Virus record (IMG/VR): IMGVR_UViG_3300014039_000017
Coordinates: 64,001-128,000 of that record
Direction: 5' to 3' (one strand)
DNA from: a virus
Lineage: Duplodnaviria > Caudoviricetes
DNA length: 64,000 nt
This document shows positions 35,712 through 46,412 of the stretch, piece after piece (within the stretch, counting starts at the first letter, position 1; each line of letters starts with the position of its first letter). Both the position numbers and the translations under genes were made by a program. The notes beneath the pieces were generated by a model. That model had not been told where the DNA came from and made no database searches. It worked only from the letters and a program-made list of their open reading frames with translations.

Positions 35712-38266
35712 TACAGTACTTTATTTCTAATTTTAGTGTTTAACATAAACTTATTAGTCCTATTTGGGAACTTCTTTATAAGATTCCTTATAATATCAAA
35801 AAGAAAATCCTCAGAGAAAATCATTTTCTCATCTGGATTATCGTTACATTCGATAAGTTTAAGCAATCTATCTTGTACAACGTCTGTTTTTGCTTTAGCC
35901 TGTTCAAAATAATAAGCCGAATAATTCAACAATCTTGTATGAAGTATTGCGGCTACATCAGGTCTATAAGTTCCATTAGATGTATATACACATTCTATAA
36001 GTTTATCTTTAATAGAATCCCAAGGTTTAAGTAATAAATCTTCTGGAGATATAAGTTTATCAAGCTTATTTGCTATAAATGTGGTAAATAAACCACCTAT
36101 AATATTATCTTTATCATCTACAAATGCTCCAGATGCAATTTGATTTATTAAAGCAAGGTTTGTAGGAGTTTCCCAATCGGATATACCTGAAATGGCATTT
36201 GCAAACATTACATAATTTCTAGCATTAACTGCGTGTTTATGTTGCTCGTTCTCTTTCATTAATTCGTAAGAATATTGTAAAAAGAAATTAATCCTATTCT
36301 TAATATATTGGCTTTTTATCCAATATTTCTTATATTTTCATATAAGAGGAGCATATATCTTCACCATATGGTGCCCCGCGCTCGTGTTGCTTCATAATCC
36401 GTTCTGGATCGTTTGCATTATGCGTTGAACCTTCTACTTATTCCTAAGCAGCTTGGCTGCAGATTGTCCAATTTTCAACCTTTTTACTATTTCCAAGTAA
36501 TTAATTTGGCCATATATATATTACTATACATATTTAGTAGTTGAAACTCTAAGGATTTTCCTGCAATTCACGGGGTTACGAACCTATAATTTTTTTAATA
36601 TTCTATCTTTATATTTATAACAAATTTCATTATCTATAATTACTTTACTTGCACTACTTTTAATAGTTTTATTAAACGCCTCTAAAGTTTCTCAAATTCC
36701 AACTTGATTTCCGTCAATATCATATTCTACAACAATAAATTTTCGTTGTTTTTTTCTATTAATAGAGTTATCTAACTGCTCAGCATGCCCACGAGCAATT
36801 CTATATTTGTTAAAAAATCCCGAGGAATTATTTAATCTAACTCAAAGAAAATTATGTTTTTGTCGCACCTCTTTTAGAGTTAATCCTGGGAAAAGATATT
36901 CAGATAAATCTGTTATAGATTTAAATGTTTTTAATCTTTTGCCATATAGATCGTACAAACTACATTCTTTTCGACTTTTTTCTCCGGAATTTGATCGATA
37001 TTTTGGAATTTTTTCAGAAAACTCTCGTCTTCACTGAAATTTACCCGCAGATTGGTTACGTAATCCATTTTCTGGGCTAAATCCAAGAACATGAATTACT
37101 TCTGCTGAGTTTTTTCATTTTTTTATAAAATTACCATCTAAATCATACTGATAGATAGGATTTTCAATATCTACAAAAATTCCAAAATCAGAATACGGAT
37201 GTAGTTGAGTATTAAAATCAGGAGAATATTTTGTTATAAATTCTTCCTCGGTCTTTAATAAAATTTCTTTGTAATCCGCAGATTTAAATGGTATGATTCT
37301 ATTAAAAGATTTTAGAATTTCAATTTCGAAATATTCAGCTCCATATTTATTAAAACAATTTTGCATTTGGCTACTATTATGCCTGTTGCCTAATAAATCG
37401 TTTCTATGATCTTTTACTCTTTTTCGAAAAGAAATTGTACTCCCAATATAAAACTTATTGTTTTTAGTACAAGTAATTTTATAAATACAAGATACTTTTG
37501 GGCAATCTTGATATTTTACAGTAAATAATTGCATAAAATTTATTTTTTAAGGTTAAAAAATTAAAATTATATGCAAATATAGTGAAATTTATTTAAGATA
37601 AAAAATATTATTTTTTTAAGCTCGACCATCAATTTGAGCTCGTTCTGCCCATTGAGACCAAGTATTAATGTCAAATTTTATTCTAAACTTCATATAACGG
37701 CTCTGCATGGCATCATCAAGATCGCTAACATTGTAGGATCCATCATTAGGGTTCTCTGTCATTATAATTGTACTATACTTCGGAAGTTTCCATGAAATAT
37801 ACTCTTGACGGCATACTATTTCCATTGCAGCCTGTGCTATAGCTGGAGTAACTCTAGTCCAATCATCTAGAACGATAATCGACGATTTTTCTGGATCTAG
37901 GGATTTAACCCAAGCAGGAATAGCATAACTCATTCTAGTTTCAGATGTTAGCTTATATCCCATCTGTGTATAAGTTGGAATAAGCTCTGCTGATATCCAC
38001 TCACAACCTTTTTCATCATTGCAAACATAATGTTCCTTTAACGGCCAACCAACAAGGTCGCTAGGATCGCTAATCTGGCTTAGATTTATTTTAACATAGT
38101 TACAATTAAGCTTAGATGCTATTTGGTCACATACTGATGTTTTTCCTATTCCGGCAGGAGATTCTAGGCTCACAGAAATAGGATATTGTCCACAGTCTTG
38201 TAGAGTACGATTGTTTTTAATTATATATAAAAGCAAGTCCTTTGCTTCACTTAAATTTAATTCCAT
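35711..38266 (-). CDS. MoxR-like AAA+ ATPase, 409 aa after splicing
   Basis: Exons 38266-37619 and 36292-35711. Walker A SPAGIGKTS, Walker B IVLDDWTR, DDAMQSR. Splice gives IDGRA|INFFL. Adjacent to a vWA gene. Confidence 0.85.
36293..37618 (-). mobile_element. Group I intron in MoxR-like ATPase
   Basis: Exon ends CGAGCT, IGS AGGTTCG directly after the endonuclease stop. Core GAATTGCAGGAAAATCC, GACAATCTGCAGCCAAG, GTTCAACGCATA, AAGATATATGC; terminal G at 36293; frame restored. Confidence 0.88.
36584..37534 (-). CDS. Intron-encoded GIY-YIG homing endonuclease with NUMOD1-like repeats, 316 aa
   Basis: CIYKITC...FYIGST...R..DH. Continues through 4 TGA codons (YQYDLDGNFIKKW...) to TAG at 36584-36586. 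Promoter TATATTTG at 37574-37581. Confidence 0.88.
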
Positions 38267-39387
38267 TATTCTTTTGGCATATATATTGTAGTCCCTGGAA
38301 AATCTTGGTGTTGTCCTACACCTGATATAACCCAAACTACATCTCTTGTTTTGTGTAATTCATTTAAATAAAATTCACCATCAGTAAACATCACTAATGT
38401 TGAAAATTCTTTTTTATTGCTATTATAGTGATCTATAACTGGATTTAAATCAGTTCCACCTCTACCACATATCTCAATTTCAAATTTACCATTGTATTCC
38501 CAAGTTTTTGTAATCCTTGTATCACACTCATCAATAGTAACTTTAACTCCGGATCTCCATAAGTGATATATTTCTGAAAAAAAGTCCTTTAATTCAGACA
38601 TACTAACACTTCCAGAGGTATCAATTCCAACAAGTATATGGGGTTTTCTAATAAATCGGACACCTCGACCGTCGGGAAATCTTCTAGACGGTCTCATTTT
38701 AGTAAGTTTAAGTTCAGATGTAATTAAATTTCCAATCACTCTTCTAAAATATGCTTTCCAATTAAATACTTGTTTCTTTATTTTAAATAAAGAATCAATA
38801 TATTCTTTAAATTGTCCTGGAATATTTCCGTAAGTTTTCTTGACTTGTTCGGCAGTACTTTTAGCAATAAAATCAACTTGATTTGAGATTAATTGCTTTT
38901 CAGACTCGCTTATATCGCTAGCCTCCTTCCAATTAGAATGGTCGTCTACTAATTCTCCTACACCATTTGACATAGACTCATTTTGAGGAAAGTCTGGTAA
39001 ATTATCATAATACCATTTAGTTCCTTTAAATGAATCGAAGTTAAATAATGCAGGATAAACATAAGGGATTTTCTGTAATTCTGGTATTGCAGAATTAACT
39101 TCTAAGTCAGCCGCATAGTTAAATCTTGTATGATTACTATATTCTGGACCATATATAGGATGTTTATATATTATATGGCTTACCTCGTGTTTAAGAACTG
39201 CTATAGCTTCAATTTCTGAAAGGGTTTCAAAAAAATCTTTATTAACAGCTAATTCAAAATTAATCCCATTTAATCTAACGCCAGCAGTAGGAACTTTATC
39301 ACTATAAAATCTATTTAAATTTAACATAAAGAGCCCATAGAAGGGCTCCTTTATGAGTAAATTTTTAACACATCTATCTAATTCCAT
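38266..39387 (-). CDS. Metallopeptidase-like (HExxH) plus vWA domain protein (DUF2201-like), MoxR partner
   Basis: LKHEVSHII, NYAADLEVN, MIDAS IDTSGS, GRGGTD, FTDG. Confidence 0.88.
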   Translation of the reverse strand: MELDRCVKNLLIKEPFYGLFMLNLNRFYSDKVPTAGVRLNGINFELAVNKDFFETLSEIEAIAVLKHEVSHIIYKHPIYGPEYSNHTRFNYAADLEVNSAIPELQKIPYVYPALFNFDSFKGTKWYYDNLPDFPQNESMSNGVGELVDDHSNWKEASDISESEKQLISNQVDFIAKSTAEQVKKTYGNIPGQFKEYIDSLFKIKKQVFNWKAYFRRVIGNLITSELKLTKMRPSRRFPDGRGVRFIRKPHILVGIDTSGSVSMSELKDFFSEIYHLWRSGVKVTIDECDTRITKTWEYNGKFEIEICGRGGTDLNPVIDHYNSNKKEFSTLVMFTDGEFYLNELHKTRDVVWVISGVGQHQDFPGTTIYMPKE

Positions 39388-39539
39388 TTTGCCGTAACAT
39401 GATTATCACCCCACTTTGGAGGGTCGGTATATATTGGAGTATATGTCCAATTCGATATAGGAGGAACTTCATTATATAGTTCCTTATACTCTTGAACTGT
39501 TAATTCAAGAATTTCTCCGTTTTTCTTAATTAGTTTCAT
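39375..39539 (-). CDS. Small hypothetical protein, 54 aa
   Basis: MKLIKKNGEILELTVQEYKELY... fills the gap and overlaps both neighbours; below the ORF-track cutoff. Confidence 0.5.
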
Positions 39540-39735
39540 TTTTACTAGTCTCTAATTCTACATTAGTATCTTGTATATCATTTGGTACAATTATACATTT
39601 CTTTATAAAAAGATTTAGAAGATTTTCTGGTCCTCCTATTTTATTTATAAAAGCTGTAACTAATTGCTCCCTAGTAGGCTCTGAAGAAACTTCTAATTCC
39701 ATACAAAGCCTATTAAAATATATATTATACTCCAC
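39526..39735 (-). CDS. Hypothetical protein, 69 aa
   Basis: Intact ORF tiling between neighbours. Confidence 0.65.
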   Translation of the reverse strand: MEYNIYFNRLCMELEVSSEPTREQLVTAFINKIGGPENLLNLFIKKCIIVPNDIQDTNVELETSKNETN

Positions 39736-40711
39736 AGTTAAATTGTTGTTTTAAATTATCAGCAAGTACTTTAAGATCTGGATGAGCTCTTTGTGAGCAT
39801 CTAAGTTCAAAGAAATGATTCCAATCAGATTCAAAACCACATACAAACATTCTAGTTGCCGTGTCATTAGGTAATACACCTCTAGCAAATTGAGGTTTAA
39901 TACCTTCATCAAGCAATTTAAAATATTGATATTCGCACGCTTTCATAGTTCTATACCAACAACGAGTTGGATCAGACATTTTAGAATAAGGCTTATCTAT
40001 GTCTTTAATCCAAGTTGGCTGAATAAATTTAACGTTATTATCAAATTTATCTGCGTTATATGCGCAGTATCTTTGCGACTCTTGAATAAAAGACATTGTT
40101 CTATGCCTTACTATTTCATTAGCTATAGCTCTAGAACAAATAAATTCAGCGGTTACTCGTTTTTCGTGATATTGAGTTGGTTCACAAAGATAATTCAAAT
40201 CTTGCTCCCAACCGTTTTCAACGATTACTCGCATATTAGTTGTAATATATTTATCAAGATTAAATACTTTTACAATGCTATACTTATTTGCGCTATATTT
40301 ACTAAAATCAAATAAAGAGCCGGATGGCACTTTAAGATAAACAGTACCAAACTCAAATACACTTAAATGTCCATTCTTTTTAATCATAGCACAGAACTCT
40401 TCTGCTGTACGATTCTCATAAAGAGGACTATCTTCAAGATTTTCTTCTTTATAATTAGAAAGTTCTGGGAATAAATTAACTAGTTTATGCGGAATAGATA
40501 CATAATATCCTTCGTCAAAAAACGGACCTTCTTTTACAAGAATTGAAGGATTAGCTTTAAGCAAATCAATATTTTCTGATTTAGGTATTCTAAAATACTG
40601 AGTCCCCACACTAGCATAACTAACCCTTCCAGCTTCCTCAATACTACGATAAATATCTTTTAATGTATATCCAGATTGCTTTATTTTTACACTACTATTA
40701 ATTATTTTCAT
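39725..40711 (-). CDS. thyX: Flavin-dependent thymidylate synthase
   Basis: GHLSVFEF, SRAIANEIVRHRTMSFIQESQRY (RHRx7S), ARGVLP, FFELR...AHP. Confidence 0.93.
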   Translation of the reverse strand: MKIINSSVKIKQSGYTLKDIYRSIEEAGRVSYASVGTQYFRIPKSENIDLLKANPSILVKEGPFFDEGYYVSIPHKLVNLFPELSNYKEENLEDSPLYENRTAEEFCAMIKKNGHLSVFEFGTVYLKVPSGSLFDFSKYSANKYSIVKVFNLDKYITTNMRVIVENGWEQDLNYLCEPTQYHEKRVTAEFICSRAIANEIVRHRTMSFIQESQRYCAYNADKFDNNVKFIQPTWIKDIDKPYSKMSDPTRCWYRTMKACEYQYFKLLDEGIKPQFARGVLPNDTATRMFVCGFESDWNHFFELRCSQRAHPDLKVLADNLKQQFNCGV

Positions 40712-40856
40712 CGTCTATAAAATTATAATCATACCCCATATTTTTAGAGTACATCGCATGTAAAAGATCTATTGCTTCCATTCTTGTATTTGCTGTTATC
40801 TCTACTATTCTATAATCATCTGTATGATTATTTACTTCAAACATAAATTTAGACAT
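40698..40856 (-). CDS. Small hypothetical protein, 52 aa
   Basis: MSKFMFEVNNH...; this start gives a short overlap with the thioredoxin stop. Confidence 0.55.
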   Translation of the reverse strand: MSKFMFEVNNHTDDYRIVEITANTRMEAIDLLHAMYSKNMGYDYNFIDDENN

Positions 40857-41109
40857 AATTATTATCTTTAATAAAATTAACCAAATCATTTTTTGAAATA
40901 AACCCTACATGCTTATTAACTTCTTTATTTGACTCGTCTAATAAAACAATAACTGGAAGACTTTTAATATTATATTTATCACACAAAGAATCATTTTCGT
41001 CGGCATCTATTTCTGTAATTGGAAGATAATTAAAGTCCTTTAATTCTTTTTGCAGCAATTTACACTGTGAACATCAGTCCGCGTGAAAAAATAAAATTTG
41101 ATTAATCAT
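40849..41109 (-). CDS. trxA: Thioredoxin, 86 aa (TGA=Trp)
   Basis: MINQILFFHADW(TGA)CSQCK...IDAD...KYNIKSLPV; the active-site WCxxC needs TGA=Trp. Confidence 0.88.
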
Positions 41110-41674
41110 TTTGTTTAATACTTATTTTAGCGATTTTTTCTTTTAAGAGAGCATCATCTGTATATTTTTTAAGTATCTTATATACAGGTTCTTTATATTT
41201 TTCAAATAATTCTATTTCCTCTTGTTTTGTTTTACATTGTTTGCAGAGTTCGTAATAATCGTTACATACGGAATAATTTTTTATTTTATGATATTCAATT
41301 ATTTGGATTACGTAATTAATATCCTTTAAAAGTTGATAACTACATCCTATACTAGATTTTAATGGTTCTAGTTTTAACTTTTTATCAATATATTTACGCA
41401 AATCAACAGGAATGCATCTACTTAGAAGTTTTACATATTCTTTAATAATATACTTCTTTCCAAGGCAAGAACATTTCCATACCAGCAAATCATTATTAAC
41501 CCCCAAATCCATTCAGTCATCTACTGGTAATGCGAAGATATTTATATCTTGAGGTAAATCTTCTAAATTAAACTTATTAGTATAAACAATTATATAATTA
41601 TCATACAAATAATATGGAAATAAATTATAAATATATAATATTTCTTTATTCTCTATTAGATGTATTAGATCCAT
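41102..41674 (-). CDS. Hypothetical protein, 190 aa (TGA=Trp)
   Basis: Track ORF 41102-41512 extends upstream through one TGA to ATG 41674, closing the intergenic gap. Confidence 0.7.
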
Positions 41675-41903
41675 TTATTTTATTCCATAATGTGTCAAAT
41701 GATATTTGACGTTGTTTAAATAGATATTCTTCTATTAAGTCAGAATTAATCTCACCAAATATATTTGTTAATAATAATCTTAGCATATATTCATAATTAG
41801 AAACTATGTAATTAAATTCTTCTGATTTATTTTCATAATTTCTTAAATGTATAAGATTTTTATTATAAGTATCTACATATTTTTTAAGTTCACTTTTTGT
41901 CAT
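41646..41903 (-). CDS. Hypothetical protein, 85 aa
   Basis: Intact ORF, TAATG-coupled to the upstream gene. Confidence 0.7.
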   Translation of the reverse strand: MTKSELKKYVDTYNKNLIHLRNYENKSEEFNYIVSNYEYMLRLLLTNIFGEINSDLIEEYLFKQRQISFDTLWNKINGSNTSNRE

Positions 41904-42259
41904 TAATCATGTTCATTTTTTCAAATTATATTCATATCAATTTTTTCTTGAAGCTTTTTAAAGTATTCATCAAGATTGTTTAACCAATAGATAAGCTCTT
42001 CTGTGGTGTATCCGAAATCATAGCAACTAAATAAATCAAAAACTTCTTGACACTGTATATTTTCCCCCTCAATATTTCCTATTACACTACCTTTTATATC
42101 TGGCGTAAAAACAACAGTATTTTTATCTTTGTATATAAATGTTGTTGGTTTATAAATAGGATGTTTCGTTGTCCAATATATACGCGTCTTACCAGCTATA
42201 GTTTTTATAATATATTTATCTTTAAAATTAGATATTAAATATAAATTTGGAATTATCAT
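41903..42259 (-). CDS. Hypothetical protein, 118 aa (TGA=Trp)
   Basis: Reading through TGA at 41921 reaches TAA at 41903-41905, forming a TAATG overlap with the next start. Confidence 0.72.
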
Positions 42260-43452
42260 TACATATCAGTTTTATCCCTAACAGATTTTCATACAGGCTG
42301 AAGAGGTATACCATCATCAGATAGATAAAAATAAGTGCACGTAGCCATTTTACCAATAATGCCATTAATATTATTAAACATTTCTTGCTTAAGTTCTCTA
42401 GATCCTACTGGTTTAGCTTTAAATTCCTTACCATCCGATGTTTGCATTTTAAATACCAAATCTTCCACGCCACGTAAACCAAGTTCATATCCTATAGTTT
42501 TAAACTCGGAATCAAGTCTAGATTTAAGTTTAATCATATCTCTAGCTCCAGGGTTATATTTCTTAGTAGGATCTCTTAAAACGGCTCCTTCCCAACCTTC
42601 AGACACAAATTTATTATGAAGATTCCACATAATTTTTTCGTCATTTGGAATTAAAGTTTGTGGAAGAATTTGAATCATTAATTCATCGTCCTTAAAATCT
42701 CTATTCGGATCAAAGCCCAAACTCAATTCTTCTTTAAATGCCTGAATAATTTTATATCTTTCATAGAAATTAAGATTGGAATCTACAACATCGTATACAT
42801 AATATTGTAGCTTAAATGGCAATACGCCGCTTTCAAGTCTTGCGCATCCACTAATTTGCTGAAGGGTTTTTCCAAATACAAATCCTTCTCCATCAAGAAC
42901 AAGCGTAGGATGTAATTTAAAATATTCTATAAGTTTTGGGTTGTTACAAATATGGGAAAACGCATAATCATAATTTCCTCCACCTCTAGAAGCTGTTTTA
43001 ATTACTCCAGAATCAAAATAGAGCTCTGTTCTAATTCCGTCTATCTTTTTCGAGATGTACCACTCTTTAACTTTAGCTAGGGTGCTTTTAGGGACACTTT
43101 GAATAAGTTTGGCAAGCATTGGTTTAGCTGCTCCATTTTGATCCTGTTTTGTAGTTGGCAACAAAGTGTCTATATCCTGTATTGGATCATTATAGAATAC
43201 ATATCCTTTATCAAGATAACTTTTAATATTAGATTTATACTCTAGCTCCATTTGTTCAGTAATAGTTCGTTTTACTTTACCTTTTTTAATTTCTATATTA
43301 GGATGTACAGTAAACTTTCCACCTCTTAAACCTGATTCTCTATGAATAATATAAATCTGAAATTGTTCGTTTCATTCAGATTTTATATTAACCTGTCTTA
43401 TTTTACCTTTAGAATCTCTAGCAATAAGCGTATCTTGCTTTATAACACTCAT
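42259..43452 (-). CDS. lig: ATP-dependent DNA ligase, 397 aa (TGA=Trp)
   Basis: KPMLAK, SKKIDGIR (KxDG), LDGE, YVYD, EGAVLR, KLK. Extends via TGA at both ends (ATG 43452; PVW(TGA)KSVRD, TAA at 42259-42261). Confidence 0.92.
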
Positions 43453-43573
43453 TTACAAATGTTGCATTTAATTTACCTTCATCATATCCATTAGAATATG
43501 CTTCATCTATTAAAAAATCTATATAATCTCTTTGTTCTTTAGTTAAAGTATTATAAAATTCTTTTTTAGACAT
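43418..43573 (-). CDS. Small hypothetical protein, ~51 aa
   Basis: MSKKEFYNTLTKEQRDYIDFLIDEAYSNGYDEG...; fills the gap between a terminator and the ligase. Confidence 0.5.
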   Translation of the reverse strand: MSKKEFYNTLTKEQRDYIDFLIDEAYSNGYDEGKLNATFVNECYKARYAYC

Positions 43574-43577
43574 ATAT

Positions 43578-43613
43578 AAAAATAGGCTAGGTACGTTAAT
43601 ACCTAGCCTTATT
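43578..43613 (-). terminator. Intrinsic terminator
   Basis: AGGCTAGGTA / TACCTAGCCT perfect 10-bp stem with a T-run on the minus strand, just after the stop at 43618. Confidence 0.75.
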
Positions 43614-43617
43614 AAGA

Positions 43618-44211
43618 TTAGAGAAGTTCAAAAATATCTTTGAACATATCTGAAATTTCTGAGTTTTTATCTTCCCAGCGATTCATAAGCATCTCTACAA
43701 GATCTTTATCAGTAACTCCACTGTGATATTTTCCACTAACTCCCTTATAAGCAAATTTAATAGTAGTTCTATCTACAACTTCTCCGTCCCATTTAATTGG
43801 AATTGAATAAAGATTTCTAGATTCTTTAATAATAGTATCATCAAGAATTGGCTTAGGGGCCCTATCGTCAGGAATATTCTCCATTGGTTCTGTCTGCGAT
43901 TTAGTCATATCTACACCATCTTTAATATCACAAACAACGTTACCGTTTTCAGTATACTTAAATGTAATGCCCTTAATCTGCTCGTCTGTAAAACCGCACT
44001 TCTTAAGAAGATTAAGACAATCAAATTCCTGTTTCTTACGCTCAGGGGTAACACATACTTTAATACCTACAAAATCATTATTTTCATCAAACTCAAGATT
44101 AAAACCCTTGATATTATCCATCTTAATCTTCAAATCATTTACAACGCTATTAATAAAATTAACAGGAATATCTCCTGCCATAGCCTCATTAAGTGTAATA
44201 AATTTATTCAT
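43618..44211 (-). CDS. Hypothetical protein, 197 aa
   Basis: True start likely MNKFITL at 44211 after an AT-rich leader; the longer track start overlaps dut. Confidence 0.75.
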   Translation of the reverse strand: MNKFITLNEAMAGDIPVNFINSVVNDLKIKMDNIKGFNLEFDENNDFVGIKVCVTPERKKQEFDCLNLLKKCGFTDEQIKGITFKYTENGNVVCDIKDGVDMTKSQTEPMENIPDDRAPKPILDDTIIKESRNLYSIPIKWDGEVVDRTTIKFAYKGVSGKYHSGVTDKDLVEMLMNRWEDKNSEISDMFKDIFELL

Positions 44212-44230
44212 AATTATATATTTTAAGTTA

Positions 44231-44662
44231 TTATCTACCAGTTGAACCAAAACCACCTTCACCACGCTCAGTTTCATCCAGCGTAGTAACTTCGTCCCAC
44301 TCAATGGTTTCAAATTTATTCAAAACAGCCTGTGCAATACGATCTCCAGGATTTATCACAAAGTTATTTTTACCAAAATTAGCTAGAATAACTCCTACGT
44401 TATTTCTGTATCCAGAATCAATCGTACCTGGTGAATTAAGACAGAATATTGACTCTTTAGCTGCTAATCCGCTTCTAGATCTTACCTGAATTTCATAACC
44501 GTCTGGAATGGCCATATAAAGTCCTGTTGGTATAACTTGTACTTCGCCAGGTTTTAGTACAATTGGCTCTGAAATATCTGCTTTAAGATCCATTCCCGCG
44601 TCACCAGAATGTTTATATTCCGGCAATCTATGATTTGACTTATTAATTACTTTTACTTTCAT
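44231..44662 (-). CDS. dut: Trimeric dUTPase
   Basis: AGMDL, RSGLA, GTIDSGYR, GDRIAQ, RGEGGFGSTG; start MKVKVINKS at 44662. Confidence 0.95.
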   Translation of the reverse strand: MKVKVINKSNHRLPEYKHSGDAGMDLKADISEPIVLKPGEVQVIPTGLYMAIPDGYEIQVRSRSGLAAKESIFCLNSPGTIDSGYRNNVGVILANFGKNNFVINPGDRIAQAVLNKFETIEWDEVTTLDETERGEGGFGSTGR

Positions 44663-44861
44663 TTTCCTTAATATAAAGATTACAACAACATTTATCATTC
44701 TCCCTGTAAGATTTACAAGGGCACAATCTATCTTCTCTTGTAAGGCCTGGATTATGACAAGGGCATTCTCCGTCATTAGCCTCACATCGTTTTAAAATAG
44801 CGTTTACTATTTTATCATTAGGATTAAGAATCCAACCTTCTTTTCTATAAAGTGGAATCAT
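44643..44861 (-). CDS. Ferredoxin-thioredoxin reductase catalytic subunit-like protein, 72 aa
   Basis: W.LNPN...CPC...CPC...CCCNLY cysteine pattern of the FTR beta chain. Confidence 0.8.
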   Translation of the reverse strand: MIPLYRKEGWILNPNDKIVNAILKRCEANDGECPCHNPGLTREDRLCPCKSYRENDKCCCNLYIKENESKSN

Positions 44862-45342
44862 TAGACCAAAATTTTGAGGTGGTATCATAAAAGACATTCG
44901 GATTTGCATTCATTTTATGAAGTAGTGCACCTCTTGTGTAAAATCTTTGATTTGTTTTTGGATTGTTCAAAGGACCAAATTGTTCATCATAAGGACCAAG
45001 TTTATAATAATCTAAATATTGTATATCAATATCTGGAGATAAGTCACTATCTCCAGAATACCAACATACTTTTAAATTTTTAAAATTCTTCTTAACAAAT
45101 TTAGCTAATTGAGAAATATATTTTGGATCTTTATCTCCACCCATTAAACATACGCAAGATATACCTGCATTTCTTAAAATCAGGTCATTTAAGACACTTT
45201 CATTAAGCTCTTGACCAACATTACCCCATAGGTATTTTGAGTGGCAAGAAGGACACTTTATAGGGCATTCAGATATATCTATACATAATGATATTTCGTC
45301 TGGGACTTCTCTAAACCCAATTATAGTATCAACGTACTTCAT
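44845..45342 (-). CDS. nrdG: Anaerobic RNR activating protein (radical SAM), second type
   Basis: FREVPDEISL..ISECPIKCPSCHS (CxxxCxxC), CLMGGD, WYSG, KLGPY...GPL...TNQRFY. Confidence 0.85.
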   Translation of the reverse strand: MKYVDTIIGFREVPDEISLCIDISECPIKCPSCHSKYLWGNVGQELNESVLNDLILRNAGISCVCLMGGDKDPKYISQLAKFVKKNFKNLKVCWYSGDSDLSPDIDIQYLDYYKLGPYDEQFGPLNNPKTNQRFYTRGALLHKMNANPNVFYDTTSKFWSNDSTL

Positions 45343-45737
45343 TAATAAGAATCGTAAAAATAAACCTCTAAATCTGGGTGTTTATCCCAATATTTTATAA
45401 GTTGTTTGAGAGCGACAATATAGTTTATATTAGTCTCAATTATTTCATCATAAGACCAAATAGAATCTCCTTCATCCTCCCAAACATCATTATTGCAAAA
45501 ATGTAATAGAATTTTAATTATTACTGGAATATCTTCTTTATCAAGCTTAAATTCATACTCTCCATCTTCAAAATGGAATTTCTTCATTATAGCATTTCTT
45601 ATACCCCAGCATTTACGCCAATAACAAATTTCGTATTTACAATCACCATGATCAAGTTCTGGCCAACAATCTGGCCCAAGCTCATCATAAAGTTCTTTAT
45701 ATTTATTCTTTATGAATATACCATTGTCTAGACCCAT
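45342..45737 (-). CDS. Hypothetical protein, 131 aa
   Basis: Intact acidic ORF, MGLDNG...YWRK...FYDSY. Confidence 0.78.
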   Translation of the reverse strand: MGLDNGIFIKNKYKELYDELGPDCWPELDHGDCKYEICYWRKCWGIRNAIMKKFHFEDGEYEFKLDKEDIPVIIKILLHFCNNDVWEDEGDSIWSYDEIIETNINYIVALKQLIKYWDKHPDLEVYFYDSY

Positions 45738-45739
45738 AT

Positions 45740-45940
45740 TTAAACTCCTTCGTAAATAAGTTTATTATTCCTATAATTATAATGATAAATATTATAATCA
45801 TTTATTCTCATCCAAGAACAATTGCTAAGATGAAATTCCTGATTTAAAACAGATTCTATTTCAAAATCTGAATAATTATCTGGAATACCATGTATTTTAT
45901 TAATCGTTCCTGTAGAGTAATCTAATACTATTATATTCAT
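45740..45940 (-). CDS. Hypothetical protein, 66 aa
   Basis: Intact ORF tiling between neighbours. Confidence 0.65.
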   Translation of the reverse strand: MNIIVLDYSTGTINKIHGIPDNYSDFEIESVLNQEFHLSNCSWMRINDYNIYHYNYRNNKLIYEGV

Positions 45941-46412
45941 ATCCAGTTTTTAAATCAATAATTCTTTGGTTTTTACTACCTCTAAAAGGCAGCGACAAAT
46001 CCTTTTTTGTTAATATAAATTTTCCATCAATAAGAATATCGCAAAAAGATAATATTTCTTTTTTAGTTGTATTTTTGATTAGATTTTCATAAGTATCTCC
46101 TGAATATATCCAAATAGTTTTAGATGGAAATATAGTTTTAATTTCTTTAATTAACTCTAATAACTGTTTTAAATCATTATCAGATTGGTCTAGAGGATCC
46201 CCTCCAGATAAGGTTAGTCCAGAAATATATGGTTTATTCAACGCATCAAACAGCTCTTTTTTAAATTCATTAATTGGTTTTCCAATTTTATAATCTTGTA
46301 ATCATTCGTTATGACATCCAGGACATTTATGCGTACACCCGGAAATTCAAAGGGCTGCTCTAAAACCAATACCATTGTTAATATCTGGATAAGTTATTCC
46401 TACGCTATTCAT
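45900..46412 (-). CDS. nrdG: Anaerobic RNR activating protein (radical SAM), 170 aa (TGA=Trp)
   Basis: DINNGIGFRAALW(TGA)ISGCTHKCPGCHNEW(TGA)...GLTLSGGDPL...DGKF...FRGSKNQR; TAATG-coupled to nrdD. Confidence 0.92.
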
